From assembly GCA_001949185.1 (NCBI GenBank), contig BDGG01000008.1, forward strand, positions 1,900,761 through 1,964,760: a DNA stretch of 64,000 bases. Reading direction: 5' to 3'. Shown here one piece after another: positions 40,660-52,751 of this stretch. The notes beneath the pieces were generated by a model that searched no databases, had not been told where the DNA came from, and worked only from the letters and a program-made list of their open reading frames with translations. This DNA is from Ramazzottius varieornatus. Taxonomy: Eukaryota; Animalia; Tardigrada. A program made the translations under genes and the position numbers. How positions within the stretch are numbered: position 1 is the stretch's first letter; each line of letters begins with the position of its first letter.

Positions 40660-43600
40660 CGGTAAGTCAATGATCCATTTCAAAGGCCAAAGCTTGGCAG
40701 ACTCAGTCTGTCGTCTGACCGGTTCCAAGGCAGCTTTTTTCCTGTCTGCGAATCCGCCTTGCCAATTCTATTTTCTATGTGTGTATGTTGCCGGGAAAAA
40801 TGGTAATGAGCACTTGGGCAAGTGAAATGCCCACCAGAGTGCTCCCGGCTTTTCTCTCGCCGTAATGCCTTCCCTCACGTCAGCACAGTCATGTAAAATT
40901 CAAAAGTCCATCTCGTGCACGCCTCAATCAATTCTCAGCCAAATGGGATGATTGAATTTTCCAGCATTTGCCCGGTCATCAGTCAAAGTGACTTGCATCC
41001 CTTCCTTGAATGGAGAACTCAACGAAGTTACAACTAGCACTTGAATAATTCCATCGCGGTTTTTAAATAATCAAGATTTTATACCCCTGAATAATCCTCC
41101 GTGAAAAAAAGCAAGCCGATGTCAGATATCGACCCAATCGACAATAGTGTTCCAATACAAACATCTCCGAACCCTGCATTGTTGACTTTGCCAATGTTGT
41201 TACTGTGAGAAAGCAGCGCGGGTCAAGTTGAGGCAAAAGTTGATGTGCTCGGCTGAAGGAAGCTAGGAGAAAGAAATGTTCTCTGGCGGCGTAATGTTTT
41301 TACTGGGACAAATAATTGACACTTAGATTTGTCAAGTAGTGTCGCTGCAAGACAGGGCCCAGCTTCGGCTCACGAGTTGAGACGATGGCCATTAAGGACA
41401 AACGGCGCCTGACGATCAGGCACGCACTCCATCCCATTAAAATATAATACCATCTTTCACAAATGTACGACGGACCCAGCTTTGAAACAGCTGAATAGAC
41501 TCCACTCATCCATGACGTCATTCATTACTCAGCATGCGATCATCAATCAGCCCATCACGGTCATGACATCACTGCGGACTACTTTAATCCACTCCCTAAC
41601 GCAAAACCTGATTTTTATGGGTTCCTGCTCGGTTTGAATGAAATGACACTTTTTGAACACCAAGCTCATTCTCTTCTCGAGAACTAAGTCAACTTTCCGT
41701 TTTCATGAGAAGGATTGCAGCGCACCGTTCAGTTCGTGTCGTTTTAAATTTGGATGTGTCTAACGAGCGATGGATCTCGTCGTCATCGGTGAATAACAAT
41801 GCGCAGTTGCTACTCGAACATGACAAGCCCTGTTTGTTTTCTTATCCACTATCCATGCATCTTTCTTGACAGTATCACGAACTAATTTGCACAAAAACAA
41901 CCGTAGGCTATACCACAGGGTTTCGTGTGTGCAAATCTTAGCCGGCACGACTTGTCTCTCCGCTCGATACCCAGTTTTGTCGTGACCAAGCTAGGCACAA
42001 TAGCTTCTTAAACAGGAGATCCTCGTTGTTTTTTCCTGTCTCTCTTCAGACAGAACAGCCAATTGCAGGAAGTAAGGCTAGATGGCCGAATAAATTTTCT
42101 GAGAGATTGTGGGCATTAAAGCAGAGTTCCAGCTGGTGAAACACACTCGACATGTGCGTGATGAATTGGCAGATGTGAGTTGGCCTCCCCTCTTCGCTCT
42201 CCGCGTTCCATCCAGCTTTACATCCTGTTTCGCTACATCCGGTATAGACGGGAGTGAGCTCCATTGTCCGAGATCCACCAGGTTAAGATCTATTCACGGA
42301 AGCATACACTCACCGTCTGGGAGACAAACTTTTTTGCCCGTCTAGGGCGTCCGAGGAGAAAGGCGGACAGTTGAAAGCGAGTACTTTAACTGCAGCACGG
42401 AAGTACATTATACGTAAAGCGGGCTCGGAATGGCTTCTCTCGAGTGAGAAACCACAGCGTCAGCTAACCACATAGTATCATACTGTATAACTCCAGTATC
42501 GATCTATCAGCCCTACTCCCAACATAAACATGCGCAGTCCGCCAAAGTCACACTCGGCAACTTGACGCAGCGCTTTCCCAGCTCGACTCTCTGTCGTTGG
42601 AGTATTACGATATCCCCGTATGCGAGGTTTCATCTCCAATGTTGGGTTTAGATTACTCCAAAGTCATGTTTAACAACATGCTGGCAACTGTACAGTACAA
42701 TAAACCAGAGTACACCCGAGATATAAACTTCAACGAAGAAGTCCCACGAGGCCGATTTACGCTTTATCGTGGTCGAACTGCGGTAGACCGAACTGAAAAC
42801 CTATAAAAGATTGGGAATGTTTAGTTAGGTTAATAACCAGTTTGGACACAGCAGTGTACCAATGTTTGGTAAACTCCCCGAAAGTGCTTACGAAAGCTTT
42901 TCAAGTTCACTTATGGGGCCAGTCATAACGTGCAGATGGTTCGGCACTTGACAGCTGCGACTGACTCTGACAGTATTATGTGTCGTACGGAAGCACGCGA
43001 CGTCGCGAACCCATGCAGAAGAGGACGACCCCAGTCGAGCATTGATACAGTGCTTTACGTGCGAAACCTGAGTAGCCGCGTTAGAATTGAGTGATGACAC
43101 TGATCTCACTACTGTTCAATTACATGTACAGATTATGAACTGAGCTCTCCTCAGTATAAAGCCACCTAACTATACTCGAAATGACTCTCTCAGCGCCATT
43201 TTTATTGCCTTTCCGACACTGCGCGCACATTTACGAGGATGCCAATGCCCATCCTTTACCACCTTTTGACGATTAGGTTTGACACGGATATGTACTTAAG
43301 CTTACGTCTGTCATCTATCTGACGCTCTTCAAGTTTCACCATGCAATTCCAGTGCGGGCATTTTAGTTGAATCTGGCATTATACGGGACCAATCATTGAT
43401 CAAGTCGACCTCAGGGCGTTGTCTTTTGCCCCATTCCACAAAAAGAGTTATCCAATGCTGGAATTAAGCAAAGATCGATGGGGATAGTGTGCGCCTTCCT
43501 AACTTGATTGCCGCTCACTGATTGGAATTCCTGCCAAATTTCCCGAAGGATATCTACACCCCAAACACTAGTTGGAATCGTTCCCTATTCGCTAACTATT

Positions 43601-44442
43601 TCTCGAGCAACGCAATCGTCGAGACAACTGTTTTTGATCTCTTCTGCGATCGTAATCCATAGTATCACATTTGATACGTCGGCAGACAATGTTTCATCTC
43701 GTAAATGGCTTCCTTCCTTGATTTATATTCCTCTTGGCGGAAGTCAAGTCGTGTCAGGCTGAATTGCTGTATGGAGAAGCACAATAAAAGATTGAGCCAA
43801 AGAATGCTCAGTTCAACTCCCTTGATCACTGAGGAGGATACTAGTGAGGCTTCGTCTGTGTGCAGATCGATGCATGACTGAGTTTCAGTGTTTCACCAAA
43901 AGTCCCTCTGAAGCACTTTTTGCCTCCGTCTCTCTACTTACTCCCATCCTCCCGACTTTGCCCTTTTTGTTCTTTTCACGGCTTCGAGCTTCCCTTCGGG
44001 ATGCAGTGGAGAGTTCCTGACGTGACAATCAACGCCATTGATAAGTGGCAAGACTAGTGTCGACCGCTCACTTTGACACTCTCCACTTCACTCCACAACG
44101 GCCCCAAGGTTTCTCCGGGCTCGCTAACACGCCTTGGGCTCTTCCTTTCCCGTTGTGCTTCTGTTGTACCACTTTTGTACGGGAGGGTAGGTCGTACGTG
44201 TGTAAATTATGCAATTATGCAGGCTAACCGCTGTGATCCCCACCAAAGCTTCAGTCAAGTCTTCTTTATTCCGGCCCAGCGATCCTTCGCATGATCTCAC
44301 TCACTTCGGTCCAATGTTGTCTTTTCTACTCGCGCGTAATCCAATCTGACAGTCGTTCGCGATACATGTCAACTTCCATGATGTATACCGCTGAAATTAC
44401 CTCATCACTGTGATTGGAACTATTTATTTTGTTAATAATACC

Positions 44443-46237
44443 ATGGAGGTTCTTCAAGGTTCTCTAAGTAGTGATGTGTGCCGGAATCGCTCTAACGAAC
44501 GAGGAAGTTTAGGCGAGGCGCACAAAGACTGGATGATTGTGGTATTAACCGCCATTCCAACGCTGATTATTGTTATTGGCACTATCGCCGGAAACGTGCT
44601 GGTGTGCGTTGCCATCGGACACTCTCGGCAACTGCGCAAGAATATCACCAACGCCTTTTGTGCCTCTTTGGCTATCAGGTACTTTTATAACCTCTTTGGT
44701 TCACTAATTCCTTTCACTCACTTGTCTGCACGAGACACCTTTTCGCACGATGTAATACTACCCCGGTCGGCCCTTCGTCCCGTGACACTCAACCAGGGCA
44801 ATTATTTAGTGGGTAATTTACGTCTAACCGGGCTTTGATCAATTTGCAGCGACCTCTTGTTGGGACTTTTTGTACTGCCAATTAGTTTCGGCAGAATGCT
44901 GACGGACCAATGGACGCTGGGCGCGGCAGTCTGCAATGTCTACATTTCCATGGATGTCTTTCTTTCCACTGCTTCAATACTCAACCTTTTTACGGTACGT
45001 CTCTCTCGTGTACGTTGGATATCAGGATCGAACTGCCATTGTCAGCCGTTTCTCCATACCACCCAGCACGAAAACGATTGTAAACTGTTTGGGCAGCACT
45101 TTGCTTCCTTTGTTCACTGTAACAGCTATCATATCATGCGTCCCTTGTGAACAATGACAGCGGATCCAGGAGTTTGCTGTCAACCGCGACCTGCAGTATT
45201 GCACTCGTAAAGTAACTTGCGTCGACAAGATGCAGAAAAATGTACACGTGTACGAAGATTCACGACGTCCGGCAAAGCAGTTGAGATATGCGGGTGAATG
45301 GCGACAAAATCCTAGCCAAAATACCAATTTTCCTATACTTCGGCATAATAAACGCACTAACAATTTAATCTAAAAAAAGTGGTTGTTCTAAGGGAATTTT
45401 GATTTTTCGGGTGGGAACGGAATTGGTTGGTTTGGAGCCCTTGTCGTACGTATGCTGTACAGCCCGTACCTGCTTGACAGTCAAAGTTGATCGTTTTTGC
45501 CATTGATCGACGAAGTAATTTCCTGCCTTATGTAGGTCACAATGGACCGGTACTACGCCATCACCAAGCCGCTCCTCTACCGCACCATCATCACCAAACG
45601 AACAGCCACAGCTATGCTGAGCATGGTATGGCTTCTCTCCGCTGCTATCGGTTTCCTGCCAATCTACTTTGGGTGGAACACGAGCGACGGCCGGATACAG
45701 AACTACGGTTGTCCTACCGAATGTGGCTTTGCCGTCGAGTCCCTCACCTACAGTCTAACCATTGGTGTGGGTACCTTCTTCATCCCGCTCTTTATTCTCT
45801 ACGTCATGTACGCCAAGATCTTGACCATTAGTTATGCGCATGTCAAAGCCATCCGTGCACAGACAACGCTCTACAGTCAGTTCCCGGCCGATGGCGTGAG
45901 GAGTGACAAACAGAACACCAACAGGAATACTCTGGCCCAACATCGGGCCACGTTGACGTTATTTATTATCGTCGGGGCGTTCTCCGTCTGTTGGTTGCCC
46001 TATTTTACGTGCTTTACCATCAGTCCGAGGTACGCCATGTCGACATTCCCGCTGATGGCGGAGATATTCCTGTGGATGGGATACTTTAACAGTTTTGTGA
46101 ATCCATTCGTGTATGGGATGACTAATCGCGAGTACAGGGCGGCGTTCAAGTCGCTCTTGTGTCGGTGGGGAAAACCCGAAAACGATTATCCCCCGATGAA
46201 CACCCCTCGAGCTATTTCTACTGAACCAGAATTTTAG
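44443..46237 (+). CDS. Class A biogenic-amine GPCR (histamine H2/D1/octopamine-like)
   Basis: Exons 44443-44678, 44850-44994 and 45537-46237. GNVLV, SLAI/SDLLLG, TM3 Asp (SMDVFLSTASILN), MDRY, CWLPYF, NSFVNPFVY. Confidence 0.9.
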
Positions 46238-48150
46238 ACAGACTATAGTCGTGCCGCAAAGACCGTGTTCGTGCTTTACTGTGTGGAGTTTATTTTTGTG
46301 ATACATGGAATTCTGTGAATTTTTCGTGACCTGAGCTCTGACTACAGGAGAAAAAAGAGTCGCGGATCGAAAGCCGCTGTCCTGCGCATTTTCTGCGTAT
46401 GTGTCGAAGTCACAGCTTTGCACTTGTGTTCTTGTCGAAGCGATCTCTGATCATAAAATTGAAAAACTAAAGTCGAATTTCCCGTGATCCGAACTCCTAA
46501 GTGGGTAACGCCGAACACTGAACGTTAACTTTCCTCTTTGGCACAGTGAGAAGAGCCAGCCATTATCCTGTCTGTATCCGCATCCGGGCCGCGTAGGACT
46601 CGGGAGAAGCTAGGCGGCAAGATTGGCTGTTCATTCGTAATACGAAGCAGGTTTGAGACCCATTTACCGGCCCGAAGATGCCTCCCTTGTGTCTGGAGTT
46701 CCGGTCTGGTCCGTCCAGACGGGATGCGGCGCGGTCCATCTTTCAGTTCCTAAACAAGATCACGATCGTACTCGGCCCCATTCTTTGATTCTACGGCGGG
46801 TATTATAAAAGCAAGGACAGACTTTATCGAAGCTGTGGAGCGCTATGCGCTAGAACTGGGGAAGAGATAAAAATGACAGAATCGTCAAAGATTCAAGGGT
46901 ACAATCATTTTCTAAGCGTGAAGTTCGATGGCGCCACCTGCCAGTTCCTTTGCCCCATTACTGCATATTGAGAAAAAGCAAGATGGATAATTCTTTTGAG
47001 ATTCTACCGTTGCTAGTTCTTTCATCGTCTAACAGTACCCAAGTTTCAACCGAAAAGGGCCCATACTGTATGGTGGAGGAGGCCGCACTCCCGTAGGCCA
47101 TTTTTCGCCGTTAACACAGCGAGAAAGAAGCAGCCCCCCTAAGCGAGTTGGATCCCTCTAAGGTAGACCCCGGCCGGATCTCCGTAAATTACATTTATTA
47201 CGCCAGAACCGAAGAATACTGTATACAGGTGGGATCTGCGCAGAAGCGAATCAACAAGCAAATTGCGATGTATTCGTGAGGAACGCGCTGTTGCGCATGC
47301 GCAGCGCGTTCTGCGTTAGAAGTCGGAGGCTTATACTTCTTCAGTTCGTCTCCAATTGAATGGGTTTGCCTGGCAATGGGTCAATCAATCTCGTATCAAT
47401 TAATGGAAGCAGTTTGCAACGACCATCGGCGTCTTCTTCCCCTTCGGGTACCAGTGCTGGCCATGCTGCGTGACGTCTGCTCTTGCTACACATTATGATA
47501 GGATCCCAGCGATGCCCGCTACGGTTCAACTTCTGTGACTCTGAATTTACAGTGAGTTATGGAGCGAGGGAATGGTTGCGTAGTTGAGCATGAATCAGCA
47601 GTACGCTCAACGGTGGATTGACTGATTATGCACATTAGTCATGCTTCACTACGCAATCGCCCGCCGCTCCATAAATGACTGTAGATTTAGGGTCACAGAA
47701 GTTTAACCTTAGCGGGCATCGATGTAGGATCCTGATCATCAAACTTCGCGCTACATTACGTGTTCGCCGACATTGGTCGAGAATCGCAATTTCTCTGCGT
47801 TCCAACATTTCTCATTTCGAGCAAGAGTACTTAGGTGTCGAGTATGGCTTTCAAGCCTTGAAAGCCTTCAATATATCATGGGCACGAACTTTGAGTGGGA
47901 TTTACAGTGTATTGGATCCTATTAATTGATACCAGGAAAACAAAGGTGTTCAAAGCCGACCACAAGCTTCAGTCTAATTTTCCTGCACGACTGTCCAGGA
48001 CTTCAGGTTGCTTGCAATATATATTTGCGATGGCTCACCAGCAATCTTGCAAAACAGCTATCATGATTTTCAGTTAACACACGAAGGAATGTGCATCATT
48101 TTAGTTCTGCTATATTCGTATTTGCCGGAGATGAGTGCTGCATGATCCTT

Positions 48151-51100
48151 TCATCCAGACCGGTTCTCGATCCGTGATACAAAACCGCTCCTGGCACCGT
48201 TGACCGTCCCTGAGATGTCATCGGTGTCTCTGGAGGATCGTCCAGACTGGCGCCGTTCCCGAATACCAAAGTTCGCCATGGTGCTGTTGGCAGGCGCAGG
48301 GTGTACCGTGTTTCGGTTAGCCGTGCGGAGGAAATGAATCTGTAAAACATAGGCGCCGTGTCAACAAAAATTCAGTAAAATGCGTTTCAGCTGGTGTCCA
48401 CCAACCTTCGGTCCGAACAGAATTCCAAAGGTACAGGTGACGGGAATTTGTAGTTCCAACACGTACATCAGGTACAGTACATCCGGATCTATGGAGCCGA
48501 TCATGAAAGCTCTGCCAAAAGGAAACAACATGCAAGTCCAGAATCTAGATGGGACGTCGGAAATGACTTGAACGTGACTGCTGCCCCAAGTGGCGCACAA
48601 TCAAGCCAAAAACAATGTACACGTGCGCCACCTGAGATAACGACCATGTTGAATTGATCTGCTGAATTTCCAGATCTATTTTCACTCATGTCTCACTACC
48701 TGATGATCATGAGGAAGTTTTTCATAAAGATGGTATTGTAGATGGTCCATGCCACCAGTTTTGATTCATTGAATGTGGAGATCACATTTCGAATTTGATA
48801 GCTCAGGACCACGCCCCAAATGAGGAAAACGCACTCGGCCACGATGATCCCATAGTCCATCCAGTTCTCCTGACACATGTAGTACTTGAGACCTTGGGCT
48901 GTGTGAGCCATCTGAATTTCTGGACTGCTGAGGACTGTCCAGACCACCAGGTAAATGACGACCGGAGTGACTACCATCCCAAGCTTCTGGAGAACCAAGT
49001 TGTCCGTCACGGCTTTTGGCTTGCCATCGGACACATTGAAAACAACCGCTATCCTGCAAAACTTGCCCCACAATATTACAGTAGTAAACAGTCTTTGCGC
49101 CGTTTAAATTCCGTCTCGTACCTCCAGTTTTTCAGTAGCAAGGGTCCGTAGATTAGTACAAAGCCCAGATGCTGGAACCACACACGAGCTATGCATATCT
49201 CATGAGTAACTTTCGGGAATTCCAGTATACCCTATGAAGGTTAAGAAAAGACAAGTCATGAAATACTTTAGCAAACTGCTGAGATGGAGGACATGTACTG
49301 GGATGGTGAGGTGGATACAACATACCGAAATAGTGATAACGATTCCTCCGAGACAAATTATCAATAGGAACATTGGGCTAGCGGATTTGATGATGGTTCT
49401 TTTTTGATGTTTAGTCACCAGTAACGCAATGAAGTGGACGCAGACCAGCATCATGACCACAACAGCGAGCAAGACCGATCGGATTACCCAGTTCCAGTCG
49501 GCAAGGCAAGGAGTACTGTCAGTACAAGTTTCGCAACCTTCTGGACAGGGCAGACAGTCGTAATAGTTGAAGTACTCTGCGGAACCGTTCATAACCCAAG
49601 CAGCGTACGCATCTTCTACGTCGAACCCGCTGAAAGCTTTGGTGCTGGAGGAAGCGTTGGGGAAGTAATATCCTGGACGGCAGGTGCATTGGTACGTCCC
49701 TCGGCGAAAACCCAAACCAGTCTTAGGTACGCACTGTAGAAAAGAGACTCGGTGAGGAAGGGCGATCCTCGAGTGATAAATCAAAAACAGACTGAGGAGT
49801 CGCTCACAGTGCTACTCGGTTTGCAGTGATGGGTTCCACGGAAAACGTTCAGCGCAATCTTCTTCGCGTCCGATGTGGCGTCACACTGGTCAATGTCCAA
49901 GATGTTGAGAGCAATATCGACCGTCGCAACTCCCCTGTGACATAGCCAGACATTCATTGGATTAATAATACGTTTTTTGACGTGGTTCTTAAAGGCGTAC
50001 ACTATTGATACTTACGCGAACGTCAGGCTACTGTTGAGCACGGCAAGAACTGGGCTGTTGAACGTAATCATCCAGATGTCGCCACCCCCACAATCAAAAT
50101 ATGGGCGCGTCCAGAAACCATCATCATATTCCATGCGTGGTTCTGGGAAGGTAACTGGAATTTTGTGCACTTTCGTACCGTTAGAGTTGTACCCGCTAGA
50201 GCATGAGAAGAATCGTAGAAATATGGACGTACAGATGGGTTGGCCATAGCGAATCTACGTCGATCATTTTTTGACGAAAAAGATTGTTGCTCACCTTAGT
50301 CGCAATGTGACGTTGTCCTTCAAAACGTTCGTGTTGTTAAGAAATTTTTGCTTGCAGCCCAAGTACCATTCCGATGGGAAGTAATCATATTCGACGCTGA
50401 TGTCGTGCGACTTGATGGTGGTATTGCCTGTATGAAAACTGTAGGCACAAAACTTATCCATATTCCGGTACAAGCCCGGTTCAAAGGCGATGGCGCTCCC
50501 GAAAGCCAGCGTCTCGATTTCGATTGTGGTTCTTGTCATAGCGAACAGCAGTTCGTCGGTCATGTCGGCGCCGCTTCCGTTGATCATGAACCAATGAGTC
50601 AAAAGGTTCGACAACCGCACTGCGGCGTTGGCTTGCGCCTTCCACTCCGAATTGTCGAACACGACCTACGTAGATGTCGCAGGTAACGCAAAGGTTGAGC
50701 TGAAAGAAGGTCCAATATAGCTAGGTGGTACTTACGTTCAAGGTATTTGAGGTGCCACCATCGCAACTCGCGGCGGTTCGGACATTCTCTACAAACTGCA
50801 GAGCGACCGACGCGGCATCCATCATGGCACCTACTTCCGGGACAAAAAATATAGGGCTGTAATGCCAATATTTGACACTGATTGTAATAAGATTAATTGT
50901 TAATAAGATTAATTGTTTATTATTTTGATACTTTACAGAATAAGCTGTGGAAGTTTCCATGCTCCACCCTTTCCTCCCCGTTAGACTCTTTGACCATCAG
51001 CTGAATGTACTTTCTTGTTTGCAGCTGGACTTTACGAACATCGTTCAAGTCGTTCTGAGGTTAGCCTTTATCCGACCTTCTCTCTCCTTGGACTTCCTTG

Positions 51101-51394
51101 TCCAAACCTAGCACCATATCTGATACCGTGCCTCCCTGTACCCTAACCTTCCTTTCTTCCAAACAAGTCGTATCATTCAGTCTAGTATCTCCTGAGTAGC
51201 TGCATATGTAATTCGGACCAAGGTATAAGTCTAACAATTGTTACCCACAGGAAGGAGGAACTCTCATTGTTACCTGGCTTTTTGGTTGTGGTCTCCACCA
51301 ATGTCATGAAGTTCCCGCTTACGTAAGGTTCGGCAGTCGCAGTCGGCACAGAACACCAGAACTGGTAGATCAGGAACATCCAATAGACAAACAT
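48151..51394 (-). CDS. GPR158/GPR179-like class C GPCR with Cache ectodomain, paralog A
   Basis: Signal MFVYWMFLIYQFW, FWTRPYFDCGGGDIWMITF, DIDQCD, FRGTHHC, GLGFRRGTYQCTCRPGYYFP, CLPCPEGC..C, IKSASP, FNESK, FGPK; short tail. Confidence 0.88.
48585..48636. repeat. 53-bp palindromic element, copy 6 (GPR158-like A intron)
   Basis: cccaagtggcgcac aatcaagccaaaaacaatgtacac gtgcgccacctgag. Confidence 0.75.
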
Positions 51395-52751
51395 GCTTGC
51401 AGAAGTGATTCTGAAAAACCATATGCATGGGTAATATTCCGCTGTTCTTTCAGGTGAGAGACGGGAGCGTTCCAAAGACGCGGAAAAATCTTTACCGGAA
51501 GTATTAGCCGTAAATTACAGGTAAAAGCTCTTGAATCGAGGTGCAACTGATGTGCTCATAAGTACTATTCGTGGCACAGATCGATGGCTGTGGTATGACG
51601 ATCTCAATGCTTAATATAGTAAGGCTGGGGATGACTGACAGAAAGTGCTCTCAGAAAGAAGTCTGCTGCCTGCTTTTCTTGTTGATTGACTGCTCCGAAA
51701 AAAGGTACCGGCTACTCCAATCGACGAACGGCTACGTAAACAGGACGATGATGAATGCTGTGAAAGTGATCCGGAAAAAACGCATCCGCTGAGCCAACTT
51801 AAGTCAGACACGCAAACTTGGCCCTCGCGAAATATGTCTGTTGGACACGTTGAGTGGCATTGAAGGAAAGTCGATAATCTTCAGATGACACGGTCATGCC
51901 ACGGTAATTCGTAGACCTTCTCCAGTGAATTCTGTCTAACGAACGCAATCGGGAACAAGCAAAGAGAAGCTCAATTAAGAACGGAAGCACGAAGTGAGTG
52001 CAACTGCACCCGGATCCAATCAACATCAATCACACAGGCGGAAAAGCCACAGTGACGCCGACAACCTAGTGAAGAAAGTCTATATAGACAGAAGACAGCT
52101 TTGCACACGCAAACACCATAAAAAACGGGACGTCCAAAAGCAGCGTTGCGCAAAGAGCCTGTATCGCGAAAGGGTCTACGTCACTCTAGCCAACTAAAGG
52201 AGCATAAGTGTATACAGAAGCGAATACTGCCAGCTGTGGATCTCGCGCACGGCATATATTACTGTCTGGACAGAAAGAAAATTTCCAGACACGAAGAAGA
52301 GTATTGACAAGCCTAAGATACGACACGCAAACGCAGCGAAACATTGAAGGATCAGACACGGATGTACACTTTTGTGAAGTGGCTGAATGAATTAGCCAAT
52401 TGGTGGAAGAAGCACAAAGGTGGCCAATTTGATCACAAGACGGTGCCAGATCCACACTTGTAACCTCACACTTGATTGCCCAACGTAATTGGTGTCCCTG
52501 CTCTGGAGCATGCATGCACCTTGGTCCAAAATCACTCCAATATATGCCAGTACCAGATAAAGGCAATTTCGAAACTCTTTTCGGGTGGGTCGTGAAGTCG
52601 CTCTATGGAAAATTAGTCGACCGGATCCGTAGGTGAAGGTTGGTAGATCAGCGTACGCTTCGTGTGTTCCATCGCCCAGCTGACCGCATGATACTTCTTT
52701 CCGGTCTTTGCGCACCTTCCAAAGACAAGGCTATGTTCTCCCTTGCACCTT

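Noticed and set aside
46929-46944. CTCF-like motif TGGCGCCACCTGCCAG between convergent GPCR genes
   Set aside because: A single short match cannot be supported without binding data.
47281-47312. Palindrome GAACGCGCTGTTGCGCATGCGCAGCGCGTTC containing an NRF1-like site
   Set aside because: Lies 3' of both flanking genes and is probably a remnant of a GCAGC-rich MITE family.
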